Source of the DNA: Bacilli bacterium
Lineage (GTDB): Bacteria; Bacillota_I; Bacilli_A; ML615J-28; CAG-313
Direction: 5' to 3'
Assembly (NCBI GenBank): GCA_045119035.1
Contig: JBGVCU010000057.1
Coordinates: 37,238-101,237 of the forward strand
DNA: 64,000 nt
The position numbers were made by a program, and so were the translations under genes. Below, in pieces: positions 19,510 to 29,429 of this stretch (positions are counted from its first letter, which is position 1; every line of letters starts with the position of its first letter). The notes below the pieces were generated by a model, which was not told the DNA's origin, made no database searches, and saw nothing but the letters and a program-made list of their open reading frames with translations.

Positions 19510-22500
19510 GTGAAAAATAGTGAGTTTAATGTATTTGATGAATATCAAAGAACCAATGAAAATATTAATTTCCAAGCAATACAATATTCAGTTACAAGTA
19601 AAGAATCATATATACAAAAAGATGAAGTATTAAGAACTAATGAAGAAAATCTATTAAATAATTCTAATAAAAAAATTAGTTCTAAAACTGATACTAGTAT
19701 AGTTAAAAAATTAATACAAAAAGTAACAGAAGCAACAAGCTCATTAATTGGAAATATTGCTATAACTGCTACAATAGCTGTTACATCAATTGTTATTTTC
19801 TCTAGTGTACTAATTAAAGCACCTAATATTGAATTGCTAGATTTAATAGCTGGATATGATTATGTTTCTTATAATATATATATTGATGAAACAAGTGAAG
19901 ATATGGATTATTATGTTTCTATATCGAATAACTTTGAAAATTATATATATGAATTACATGAAGGTGAAAATCTTGGAAATGTAAATAATTTAAAGCATAA
20001 TTTGGAATATGAATTAGCTGTCATTGGTATAGGCAAAAGTGATAAACAAGAAATAAAATATTTTAAAACAAAATTCTATACGACAACAAGTGTTAAAATA
20101 ATTTCTATTAAATGGATAGTAGAAGGAATAATTGTTAAAGAAGAAGAAACCGAAGAAAATTTTAATCCTTCCTATGACGGAGCAACGCCTATTAAACCAT
20201 CAACTAATCAATTTAACTATACATTCTTAAAATGGAATGCTTCAGTTGATGACTACGGGAATATTACATATATTGCAGAATTCATTGAAAGTGTTAGACT
20301 TTATACTGTTAAATGGATAGTAGAAGATAATATTGTAAAAGAAGATCAAATAGAATATGGAGTAACTCCTACATATAATGGAACTACCCCAACAAAAGCA
20401 TCAACTAATGAATTTAACTATACATTCTTAAAATGGAATCAAACAACTGATGAAATAGGAAATATCACATATATCGCAGAATTTACCGAAAGTTCTAGAT
20501 TATATTCTGTAACATGGATTTCTGAAAATGTTATTTTAGAAGAAGATCAAATAAAATATGGAGTAACTCCTACATATAATGGAGATACCCCAACAAAAGC
20601 ATCCACTAATGAATTTAACTATACATTCTTAAAATGGAATAAATCGACTGATGAAATCGGAAATATCACATATATCGCAGAATTTACACAAAGTACTAGA
20701 TTATATTCTGTAACATGGATATCTGAAAATATTATTTTAGAAGAAGATCAAATAGAATATGGTATAACTCCTACATATAATGGAGTTACCCCAACAAAAG
20801 CATCAACTAATGAATTTGACTATACATTCTTAAAATGGAATGAAACAACTGATGAAAACGGAAATATCACATATATTGCAGAATTTACCCAAAGTACTAG
20901 ATTTTATTCTGTAACATGGATATCTGAAAATATTGTTTTAGAAGAAAAACAAATAGAATATGGTGCAATCCCTACTTATGATGGCGTAACACCTTCTAAA
21001 GAAATGACAGTAGATGAAGAATATACGTTTATTGGTTGGGATAAAGAAATATCAAGTGTAACATCAGATATTTCATATAACGCTGTATTTGAAACAATTA
21101 TACATGAATATACAGCAACATTTATAGAACTTAATCCAGAAGAATTAACTATTGATTATGATAATCCTGATGTATATTCAATAACATTTAATACTAACTT
21201 TGATAATAGTTCTGATTCGAGATTATTATACAGAATTATTTTAACAGATATTGAAACAAATACTCAATACACATACGAAGGAACAGACGCAATTGCAACA
21301 ATTGATGTGTTATCATCAGTAAAAGAATTGTCTATTTCTTATGAATACGTTGGTTTATATAATGAAATGGAAAAAGTATTTGAAGTTAGCAATGTCGTTG
21401 ATCACATTGTTATAAGTAATATTACTGTTGAAATTCAAGACGAATATACATTAATAGATACTGACTTATATGAATTAAATCTTCAAGTAAATTCAAATTA
21501 TTCAAATGAAGAAGTCTATAACTATCTTGAATTAGTTATTACTTATGATGATTTATCAAAAAAAGAAGTATTAATTGAAAATATTTCAGTTAATGAATAT
21601 ATGAGTATTAATATTGATGTACCACAATATTGTAATTCATTCACTATCGAATATAGAATAAATTTATTAGATAGATATGGGTTAAATGAACGAATTATTT
21701 CAGGAACTAAAGAAATTGCTTTAGAAACAATTTATGAACTTAAACAAGTTTATGTAGATACAAGGATGTTCAATACAGCAAAATTTAAATTCATTCATCA
21801 TTTTGTTGATGAAAATACAACAATTGCTGTAAAAGATACAATATCAGGTGAAACTGTTTTATTGACAGAAGAATATGATTATGTAGAATTCTCAATTAAC
21901 TCTACTCAACAAGATTTTACATATTATTTATCAAGTTTAAATAATGAAATATTAGATAATGAAAAACAAATATCATTTGATTCTTCAAATGTTAATGGAG
22001 AATATAAATTTAATTATACAAATCCAGGAGATGCTATTGTAACATTTAATGATGATGGTACAATGAATATATATCTTGATACAACCTTTGAAACTGAAGA
22101 TAGTGATATATATTATTTAATCAGATATACTGATTTTAATAGCGAAAATGTTTTTGAAATTAAATATAATGAATCAGTTTCTGTAATTGAAAATATTCCA
22201 TTTAGTAATTATGGAATTGAATATTATGTTTATAAAACTGTAAATGGTATTGAATATTGCCTTGATTATATTGCTGTATCTGGTGGGGTAGAAATAATTT
22301 ATGATTCAATTATCTCTGCTAATATAGAAAGAGATAATAACAATAAATTGGTTTTATACGGATCGTTTGGTGATTATTATAATGTGAATTTTGATTCAAT
22401 AGTATTATTTATAGATGATCAAGAAATATCAATAAATTCATCTGATATTACGCTAGTTGATGGAACATATCAATTTATTTATATATTAGACATTGAACCA

Positions 22501-22623
22501 TCACAATTAAAAGTACAATATCAAGCAACATACAATAAAACAGCAATATATGAAACTATAGTATCTTCAGGAAAATTAAAAGGTGAACAATATAGAACAA
22601 TGTATTGTGTTGTTATTGAATAA
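19510..22623 (+). CDS. Type-II membrane/surface protein with about 5 tandem Listeria-Bacteroides-type (Flg_new-like) 67-aa repeats
   Basis: GTG start 9 nt after AAGGAGG; the tool's ATG at 19465 lacks an RBS. Single TM near aa 80-105. Repeats carry TPTKASTNEFNYTFLKWN. Large C-terminal domain. Confidence 0.65.
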   Translation: MKNSEFNVFDEYQRTNENINFQAIQYSVTSKESYIQKDEVLRTNEENLLNNSNKKISSKTDTSIVKKLIQKVTEATSSLIGNIAITATIAVTSIVIFSSVLIKAPNIELLDLIAGYDYVSYNIYIDETSEDMDYYVSISNNFENYIYELHEGENLGNVNNLKHNLEYELAVIGIGKSDKQEIKYFKTKFYTTTSVKIISIKWIVEGIIVKEEETEENFNPSYDGATPIKPSTNQFNYTFLKWNASVDDYGNITYIAEFIESVRLYTVKWIVEDNIVKEDQIEYGVTPTYNGTTPTKASTNEFNYTFLKWNQTTDEIGNITYIAEFTESSRLYSVTWISENVILEEDQIKYGVTPTYNGDTPTKASTNEFNYTFLKWNKSTDEIGNITYIAEFTQSTRLYSVTWISENIILEEDQIEYGITPTYNGVTPTKASTNEFDYTFLKWNETTDENGNITYIAEFTQSTRFYSVTWISENIVLEEKQIEYGAIPTYDGVTPSKEMTVDEEYTFIGWDKEISSVTSDISYNAVFETIIHEYTATFIELNPEELTIDYDNPDVYSITFNTNFDNSSDSRLLYRIILTDIETNTQYTYEGTDAIATIDVLSSVKELSISYEYVGLYNEMEKVFEVSNVVDHIVISNITVEIQDEYTLIDTDLYELNLQVNSNYSNEEVYNYLELVITYDDLSKKEVLIENISVNEYMSINIDVPQYCNSFTIEYRINLLDRYGLNERIISGTKEIALETIYELKQVYVDTRMFNTAKFKFIHHFVDENTTIAVKDTISGETVLLTEEYDYVEFSINSTQQDFTYYLSSLNNEILDNEKQISFDSSNVNGEYKFNYTNPGDAIVTFNDDGTMNIYLDTTFETEDSDIYYLIRYTDFNSENVFEIKYNESVSVIENIPFSNYGIEYYVYKTVNGIEYCLDYIAVSGGVEIIYDSIISANIERDNNNKLVLYGSFGDYYNVNFDSIVLFIDDQEISINSSDITLVDGTYQFIYILDIEPSQLKVQYQATYNKTAIYETIVSSGKLKGEQYRTMYCVVIE
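20092..21095 (+). repeat. Tandem ~201-bp coding repeats (5 copies; the last three more than 90% identical)
   Basis: Repeating units AGATTATATTCTGTAACATGGAT(T/A)TCTGAAAAT ... GAAGAAGATCAA, visible directly in the sequence. Confidence 0.75.
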
Positions 22624-22636
22624 AAAGGAGAAATAT

Positions 22637-23680
22637 ATGGAAAAAAATAAGAAAAAATTAGTAATAAAAATAATAGAATTTTCGCTAATTATTGGTGTTA
22701 TAACATTTGTTTTATTGGCGACATTAATTCAACTATTTAATCCAGAATCAAAATTTTCTTTATGGTGTATAGAAAATGTTTGGAATGTAAAAAACACATT
22801 TGCTTCATTGAAAAATCATTTACCAATATTAATTGATTCATTAATTTATATATGTATTGTTTATGCAGTTTGTAAAATAATTAGAATCATTTTTAATTCA
22901 AAAATGAAAAAGAATGATCGAAATAAAACTATCTATACACTATTAGACGGATTTGTTAAATATGGTTGTGCAATAGCAATTATATTATTAATTTTAAAAG
23001 CATGTGGTGTTGACACAACAGCATTAGTTGCATCAGTTGGTGTATTAACTTTAATTGTTGGGCTAGGAGCTCAATCATTAATTGCTGATATTATCGCAGG
23101 AATATTTATTATTTTTGAAAACGAATATAATGTAGGAGAAATCATTTGTGTTGATGGCTTTAGAGGTACTGTTATTGAAATTGGAATAAGATCAACAAAA
23201 GTATTAGATGCAGCTGGAAATATTAAAATAATAAATAATAGTAACATCGGAGATATTGTAAATTTATCTAGAGAACTTTCTTTGGCGGTTGTAGATTTAG
23301 ATTTCCCATATGATGTTCCTGTAGATCTTATTGAAAATATGTTACAAAAGAATTTTGAAAAAATGAAAGAAGATATTCCTTACATTATTGAAGGCCCTTA
23401 TTATAAAGGAATATGTGATTATAAAGATTCAAATGTAACTTTAAAAATTGTCGCAAAATGTAAAGAAGAAGATCGTTTCCAAGTTGAAAGAGATATAAGA
23501 AGAGCATACAGACAAGTGCTTGTTGATAACAACATTGATATTTCTTATCCTCAAGTTGTATTAAATTATCCATCTGAAAAAGAATTTACATCCACAAATA
23601 AAACAAAAAAGGATGCTAAAAACTTTAGTGATATACAAAAACAATTATCAAAAGATTTAGAGGATCAAGAACATAATTAA
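22637..23680 (+). CDS. mscS: Small-conductance mechanosensitive channel (MscS family)
   Basis: Three TM helices plus a conserved MscS beta-domain (IGIRSTKVLDAAGNIKIINNSNIGDIVN). ATG with GGAGA RBS, preferred over the overlapping upstream start. Confidence 0.8.
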   Translation: MEKNKKKLVIKIIEFSLIIGVITFVLLATLIQLFNPESKFSLWCIENVWNVKNTFASLKNHLPILIDSLIYICIVYAVCKIIRIIFNSKMKKNDRNKTIYTLLDGFVKYGCAIAIILLILKACGVDTTALVASVGVLTLIVGLGAQSLIADIIAGIFIIFENEYNVGEIICVDGFRGTVIEIGIRSTKVLDAAGNIKIINNSNIGDIVNLSRELSLAVVDLDFPYDVPVDLIENMLQKNFEKMKEDIPYIIEGPYYKGICDYKDSNVTLKIVAKCKEEDRFQVERDIRRAYRQVLVDNNIDISYPQVVLNYPSEKEFTSTNKTKKDAKNFSDIQKQLSKDLEDQEHN

Positions 23681-23684
23681 ATAA

Positions 23685-23722
23685 AAAAACCCACTCTGTT
23701 TTATATAGAGTGGGTATTTTTA
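23685..23722 (+). terminator. Rho-independent terminator
   Basis: CCCACTCT ... AGAGTGGG hairpin followed by a T-run. Confidence 0.6.
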
Positions 23723-23856
23723 TAATTACTGATATATAATATATTTAACAATATAGATAAATAAAACTTTTCAAAAACGTAAGATTATTGACAACAATTC
23801 GTAAATAGATTATAATTTAATTAGAAACGAAAATTAAATAAAAGGAGAATTAAAAA

Positions 23857-26718
23857 ATGAAAAAATATTTAACAATATTATTGTTGGTGTTATTTTTTGT
23901 ACTTTCTTCATGTACTATGATTCCGGGAACTACTCCTGGGGGAAATAATCCAACTGATGGTAATAATCCAACTGATGGTAATAATCCATCCGATGGAACT
24001 GGATCTAATGATGGAAATAATGATCCATCAGGTGGAGAAAATCAAGATCCAGTTGTAATTGCTATCGATAAGATGATCGGTTTTGAAGATATTGAAATAT
24101 CAAAAGGAGAATATTTCAATCCATATAAAGGAGTAAAAGTTACATCAACTACTAAAGAAGATATTACTAAATATTTAACAGTATCTGGTTACGTTGATTA
24201 TGGTACTATTGGTGAATATGAAATCACATATAGTATTAATTATGGTGAATCTAATAGAGTAATTAATCGAAAAGTTACTGTCTTAGATAGAGAAATTAAT
24301 AGACCAAGATATTCTTATAATGGTTCAAATCAAACAATTTCTTTAGGTGAAGGTTCATACCGAAGTGGAGATGGTTCTGAACTTGATTCACCAGTTGATC
24401 CAATTTATTTAGAAAATGATTTAAGAAATAAACCGGTACCTACTAGTTCGTGGTGGACAACAATGTTAAGAGATAACTATGGAGCATCTAATGGAATTTT
24501 TACTAATCCATATCGTTCATCATTCCAAGCAGATGGTGTTGAAATTACTGATTGTAAAGAAGGTTTTACTCAATACTGGACAGATGCAGAAGGAACTGTT
24601 TCTACAGCTCAATTTTTTAATGCTTTAAAAGAAGTTATGTTTAAAGCTGCATCTTTAAATTCTACTTATTATACAAGAGTTATAGATTATAGTGATACAA
24701 CAGCTAAAATTGCACTTAGAAACACTATGGAAGGTGCAGATGAAATGGTAGTAACCTTTGTTCAAGGTTCTCCATATATCTTTGCTGAACAAAAAGAAAA
24801 AACTGGATCATTTTCTTTAACTGTTGGTGGAGCTACTAAACCTTATGAATTCTATGATTTATCAGGTAATAAAGTAAGTGGTACATATACTGGAGATGCT
24901 TTAATTATAAAGATTCCAGAAATGCATGTAGGTTATGTTTGTGCAGTACCAAGTGGACCAAACGCTACACTTCCACAAAATCCAATTTATCAAGATAAAT
25001 ATTATTTAATTAATGCTCCTGCTAATACGACATTTAATATTTCAAGAGTTAAACATTCAAATGAAGCATTCACTGAAAATATTTCTTATATTTTAGGTGA
25101 TGGTAATTATTTTTCAATTGGATCATTAAACAATCTACAAGAAGCAAGTTTTTATCATGAACATGCATATTCACTTGTTCATAGAGGAACAGTAGCTTAT
25201 AATGTTGATCATGAATCAAGTATTATTACTACTGAATACACTCATAATTACAGTAATTTAAAAAATGAATCAAATCCAGTATTTGCCTTACTTCCACATC
25301 AATATAAATATAGTGATGCCTCTTTAACATCTTACTATTTCAAATCAGTTCGTGGAGATTTAAAAGTTTATAATGGTTCTACTTTTAAAACAGAACAATC
25401 ATTCTATGGAATCTTACCAGGATATACTGCACCTACTGATAATGGATTTAATGATGCTAAAATGGAATCATACTTAAAATCTTTAGATTTAAATACTAAT
25501 CGTACTTATGGTGATAGTGATAAATATAGAGATGGACCTTACTGGGATTCTAAAACTATTTATCCTTTAGCTCAAGGTATATTAATGGCTGATCAACTAG
25601 GAAACACTACATATAAAGATAAATTCTTAAATAAGATCAAAGTACATTTAGTAGATTGGTTTACATATGATGGATCTGATGATAAAAACTATTTATATTA
25701 CAATGAAAAATATGGTACAATGTATTATTCAAATAATGATTTTAATACAGCAACTTCCCTAAATGACCATCACTTTACACATGGATATTTAGTATTTGCA
25801 GCTGCTGTTGTATCAATGTATGATAATAATTTCTACGTAACTTATAAAGACATTATCAACGCATTACTTCAAGATTATGCATGTCCAACACGTGATAGTG
25901 AAAAGTATCCATACCTTAGAACATTTGATAAATGGCAAGGTCACTCTTGGGCTGATGGATTTGGATCTGCTGCAGAAGGGAATAACCAAGAATCTTCAGG
26001 TGAAGCACTAAACTCTTGGGTTGCAGCTTATTTATTTGGTTTACAAGAACAAAACCAAGAATTAATTGATGCAGCAATTTATGGATTCACAACAGAAGTA
26101 AACTCAATTAAACAATATGTATTCAACTATGATAATGACTTATGGTCAGAAGAATATAGAAAACAAACAGATATTTGTTGTATTACTTGGGGTGGAAAAA
26201 ACACTGATGCTACATTCTTTGGACTTAATCCTTCCTTTGTTTATGGTATTCACTGGTTACCTATTGGACAATACGTAAGTAGTTATGCTATTAGTGCTAC
26301 TGATAAAGCTGCTTTAACTAGAATTTATAATAATTATTTAGAAAGAAAAGTAGGATTTAAAGATACTTGGATGTCAAATATGAGATGTATTGAAGCTACT
26401 TTAGATCCAAATAATGCAATTAATAACTTCAATGAATCAGCAATTTTAAATGATGATTATCCAAATGATTTAGCACCAACTTACTATAATATATATGCAT
26501 CTAAATCATTAGGTCTAAGAACAGATGAAATAATTGTATCAAATGCTCAAAATGTTGGATGGAGTGTTTATAAATTAAATAATACAACATATAATGTTCA
26601 ATTATGGAATCCAACAAGTTCTAGTCAAACAGTAAAAGTTATAGATAGTACTGGTAATGTAATTAAGACACTTACAATAGAAGCTAATTCATTTGTAAAC
26701 TATTCTATAACAAAATAA
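23857..26718 (+). CDS. Lipoprotein with GH81-like endo-beta-1,3-glucanase domain
   Basis: Lipobox LSSC. GNNPTDG linker repeats. NDHHFTHGY, FDKWQGHSWADG and NNQESSGEA match the GH81 conserved blocks (NDHHFHYGY, GHSWA, E-S-S-E) as remembered. Confidence 0.65.
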   Translation: MKKYLTILLLVLFFVLSSCTMIPGTTPGGNNPTDGNNPTDGNNPSDGTGSNDGNNDPSGGENQDPVVIAIDKMIGFEDIEISKGEYFNPYKGVKVTSTTKEDITKYLTVSGYVDYGTIGEYEITYSINYGESNRVINRKVTVLDREINRPRYSYNGSNQTISLGEGSYRSGDGSELDSPVDPIYLENDLRNKPVPTSSWWTTMLRDNYGASNGIFTNPYRSSFQADGVEITDCKEGFTQYWTDAEGTVSTAQFFNALKEVMFKAASLNSTYYTRVIDYSDTTAKIALRNTMEGADEMVVTFVQGSPYIFAEQKEKTGSFSLTVGGATKPYEFYDLSGNKVSGTYTGDALIIKIPEMHVGYVCAVPSGPNATLPQNPIYQDKYYLINAPANTTFNISRVKHSNEAFTENISYILGDGNYFSIGSLNNLQEASFYHEHAYSLVHRGTVAYNVDHESSIITTEYTHNYSNLKNESNPVFALLPHQYKYSDASLTSYYFKSVRGDLKVYNGSTFKTEQSFYGILPGYTAPTDNGFNDAKMESYLKSLDLNTNRTYGDSDKYRDGPYWDSKTIYPLAQGILMADQLGNTTYKDKFLNKIKVHLVDWFTYDGSDDKNYLYYNEKYGTMYYSNNDFNTATSLNDHHFTHGYLVFAAAVVSMYDNNFYVTYKDIINALLQDYACPTRDSEKYPYLRTFDKWQGHSWADGFGSAAEGNNQESSGEALNSWVAAYLFGLQEQNQELIDAAIYGFTTEVNSIKQYVFNYDNDLWSEEYRKQTDICCITWGGKNTDATFFGLNPSFVYGIHWLPIGQYVSSYAISATDKAALTRIYNNYLERKVGFKDTWMSNMRCIEATLDPNNAINNFNESAILNDDYPNDLAPTYYNIYASKSLGLRTDEIIVSNAQNVGWSVYKLNNTTYNVQLWNPTSSSQTVKVIDSTGNVIKTLTIEANSFVNYSITK

Positions 26719-26734
26719 AATTATAAATATATCT

Positions 26735-26770
26735 AAAAAATGGTGTAAAAATATTTTACACCATTTTATT
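26735..26770 (+). terminator. Rho-independent terminator
   Basis: AAAATGGTGTAAAA-ATA-TTTTACACCATTTT hairpin. Confidence 0.6.
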
Positions 26771-26913
26771 ATACTTAACTGATTTTTTTATATTACTGTT
26801 TAAATATATAATTTAAATAAATTATATTTTAATTACTTATTTATTTGTATATTAAATAAATTTATTATATAATTTATATAGGATTAAATAATATTATAAA
26901 GGGGATTCGTTAT

Positions 26914-29277
26914 ATGAAGAAAGTTTTTAAAGTTTTTCTTGCGTTAATATGCGTAATGTTATTAGTATCTTGTGAAAAGTTATCTCACTCTAAAAAAGAG
27001 GAATTGATGTCTTTTTTTAAAAGTCATTCAATAGATGTTACATATGAACTTCAGGCTCAAGATATTTCAATGGAAGTCTTTTCTTTAAATGCAAGAAAAG
27101 ATGTAATTCAATTTGAAACTTCAGAGGAATTAGATGCAAATACAAAAATTTCGTTTATTGTGGATATTGAAAATAATAATTTATTTTATGATTTAGGGAA
27201 AAGAGTTATATATACAAAAATTCCTAATTCTAACACAACTACTGAACTAAATGTTGAAAAATATATTTCAGATATTAGAGAGGTTGATGGAAATTTAACT
27301 TTTTGGTTTGATATGGCTGAATATTTTGAAGATAGCAATCTTGATTTAAATGATTATATAATATATGATCCTTTAGTTAAGTTCACTGCTGTATTTAAAA
27401 TGAATAAAATTGTTGAGTTAAGTTATAGCGCTGAGGGAATCACTTCGGTAATGAAAATAGGTGGTTATGTATACAAGGATAATGTAGAACCTGAATCTGC
27501 TGGTCTTAAAAAAATTGAGTTACCAAATATAGATGATTGTTTATATTTAACTGAAGAAGAATTTATGACACATGTAGAAACCGGAGCAAGCGGTGATATT
27601 GATAATTATGAAATAATTGTCCAATATAATGACTTTGCTTGGATAAATGGAAATATAATTGTTTCAGAATTTAGTGGATATATTTATGATAAAAGTAATG
27701 AAGTGAATGTTAAAAGGATATATCTTGAGGATATTTATTATAATGAAGAAGATGTTATGATATCAGAAGATGGTAAGTTTAATATTTATACTGACTATTG
27801 TGGAAAAACATTCTCTGAAGAAATAAAAGTTGATACCGATCATGAGGCTGTATTTGATAGATATATTTTCAGAGTAGTCTATCATGATGTTACTATATTA
27901 AGAGATGAATTTACAGCTAGTTATTTTCAAGGATATATATATGATACTAAAAAAGCAAAATATATTAAGAATATAGGACTAGATGATTTGATTTATGATA
28001 TAGAAGAAATTCGTTCATCAAAAGATGGAAAAATTGAACTATCTACTGAATTCTGTGGATTAATGTTTACAACAGAAATTCAAGCTAAAATAATAAATGA
28101 AGAAGTTCTAGATACATATGAGTTAATTATTACTAGTCACGATTTTACTATTATAAAAGGTGAATTATCTGTTTCTAGTGTTAGTGGATATATCTACGAT
28201 ACTGTAAATGAGATACCATTAGAAAATATTTCTTTAAGGGATATTTATTATGATGAAGAAAATATTCTATCATCAGAAGATTATACATTTACTGTTTCTA
28301 CTGAATACTACGATAGAGAATTTACAGCTGAAGTTCAAGCTATATTAATTAATGATACGAATATTGAATCTCGAAATATACCTACTGACATAGGAAAAAT
28401 AAAATACGGATTTGCTATAGATAACAATATTTATATTTGTAATGAAAGATATTTATATATATTTGATCAAAACTGTGAAAATATCCTTGCACAAATTGAT
28501 TTACAATGTATTGCTAAATCGCATTATGTGAAAGATGATTATTTATATATTACATCTTATATGCCTTATGAAACTACTTTTAAACCTAGTGACTCATTTA
28601 TTAGTTACGTTACTAAAATTCAACTTTCAAATTTTACAGTTGAAAAACAAGTAAAAGTTAATTGTTTACCAAATTCGATAATTGTTGATAATAGAGATAA
28701 AGTTATACTTTCAAAAAGTGCAAATCAACATGTATATATTGATGAAGTAGATATGGAAACTGGTAAATTAACTCCACTTATTCGAAGTTATCAAAATGAT
28801 GTTTTACTATATGATTCATATAATGATATTTTATCAATAATAACATGTGTGCATACAGGTGATAATGAACTTTATGTATATGATGGTACTAAATGGAATT
28901 TTAAGAGATATAATACATTCGAAAATAAGAAATTACTTTATTCCTCACAAGATTCATTAATTTTTGATGACGGTGTTTATGTATTTGATTCAGCTTCAAG
29001 TAACTATGTCTTTAATGTATTTAATTACTCAACTATGATTTTAAATTATAACTTCAAAAAACAATGTGCTGTTATTGATGATGAGTATGTTTATATTATT
29101 GAAAGAGAACAAGGGAATCAGTTTAACTCGTTGGTAATATATAATATTAGTACAAATAGTTATAATAGATATTTTCTTCCTAAAGCTTATGATATAGATG
29201 TATCTTTTATGTATAAAATAGCTGATGATATTTATTGTGTAGATACGAATGGTATAATTTATAAGATTATTATATAA
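26914..29277 (+). CDS. Lipoprotein, paralogue A (787 aa), with an internally triplicated ~80-aa module
   Basis: Lipobox LLVSC. About 45% identical to the next gene. Repeated SGYIYD ... EDGKFN ... CG.TF..EI..K modules. Conserved C-terminal domain. Confidence 0.6.
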   Translation: MKKVFKVFLALICVMLLVSCEKLSHSKKEELMSFFKSHSIDVTYELQAQDISMEVFSLNARKDVIQFETSEELDANTKISFIVDIENNNLFYDLGKRVIYTKIPNSNTTTELNVEKYISDIREVDGNLTFWFDMAEYFEDSNLDLNDYIIYDPLVKFTAVFKMNKIVELSYSAEGITSVMKIGGYVYKDNVEPESAGLKKIELPNIDDCLYLTEEEFMTHVETGASGDIDNYEIIVQYNDFAWINGNIIVSEFSGYIYDKSNEVNVKRIYLEDIYYNEEDVMISEDGKFNIYTDYCGKTFSEEIKVDTDHEAVFDRYIFRVVYHDVTILRDEFTASYFQGYIYDTKKAKYIKNIGLDDLIYDIEEIRSSKDGKIELSTEFCGLMFTTEIQAKIINEEVLDTYELIITSHDFTIIKGELSVSSVSGYIYDTVNEIPLENISLRDIYYDEENILSSEDYTFTVSTEYYDREFTAEVQAILINDTNIESRNIPTDIGKIKYGFAIDNNIYICNERYLYIFDQNCENILAQIDLQCIAKSHYVKDDYLYITSYMPYETTFKPSDSFISYVTKIQLSNFTVEKQVKVNCLPNSIIVDNRDKVILSKSANQHVYIDEVDMETGKLTPLIRSYQNDVLLYDSYNDILSIITCVHTGDNELYVYDGTKWNFKRYNTFENKKLLYSSQDSLIFDDGVYVFDSASSNYVFNVFNYSTMILNYNFKKQCAVIDDEYVYIIEREQGNQFNSLVIYNISTNSYNRYFLPKAYDIDVSFMYKIADDIYCVDTNGIIYKIII

Positions 29278-29291
29278 TTGATTAAAAACTT

Positions 29292-29320
29292 AACAAGACC
29301 TTAAATGGTCTTGTTTTTAT
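29292..29320 (+). terminator. Rho-independent terminator
   Basis: AACAAGACC-TTAAAT-GGTCTTGTT followed by TTTT. Confidence 0.55.
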
Positions 29321-29429
29321 TATTAAATATATTTAAAATAATAATTTAAATATTATTTATATAGTTGTATAAAAAATATATTTATTGTATAATTTATTAT
29401 AGTAAGAAATAACATGAGGGGCTACTTGT

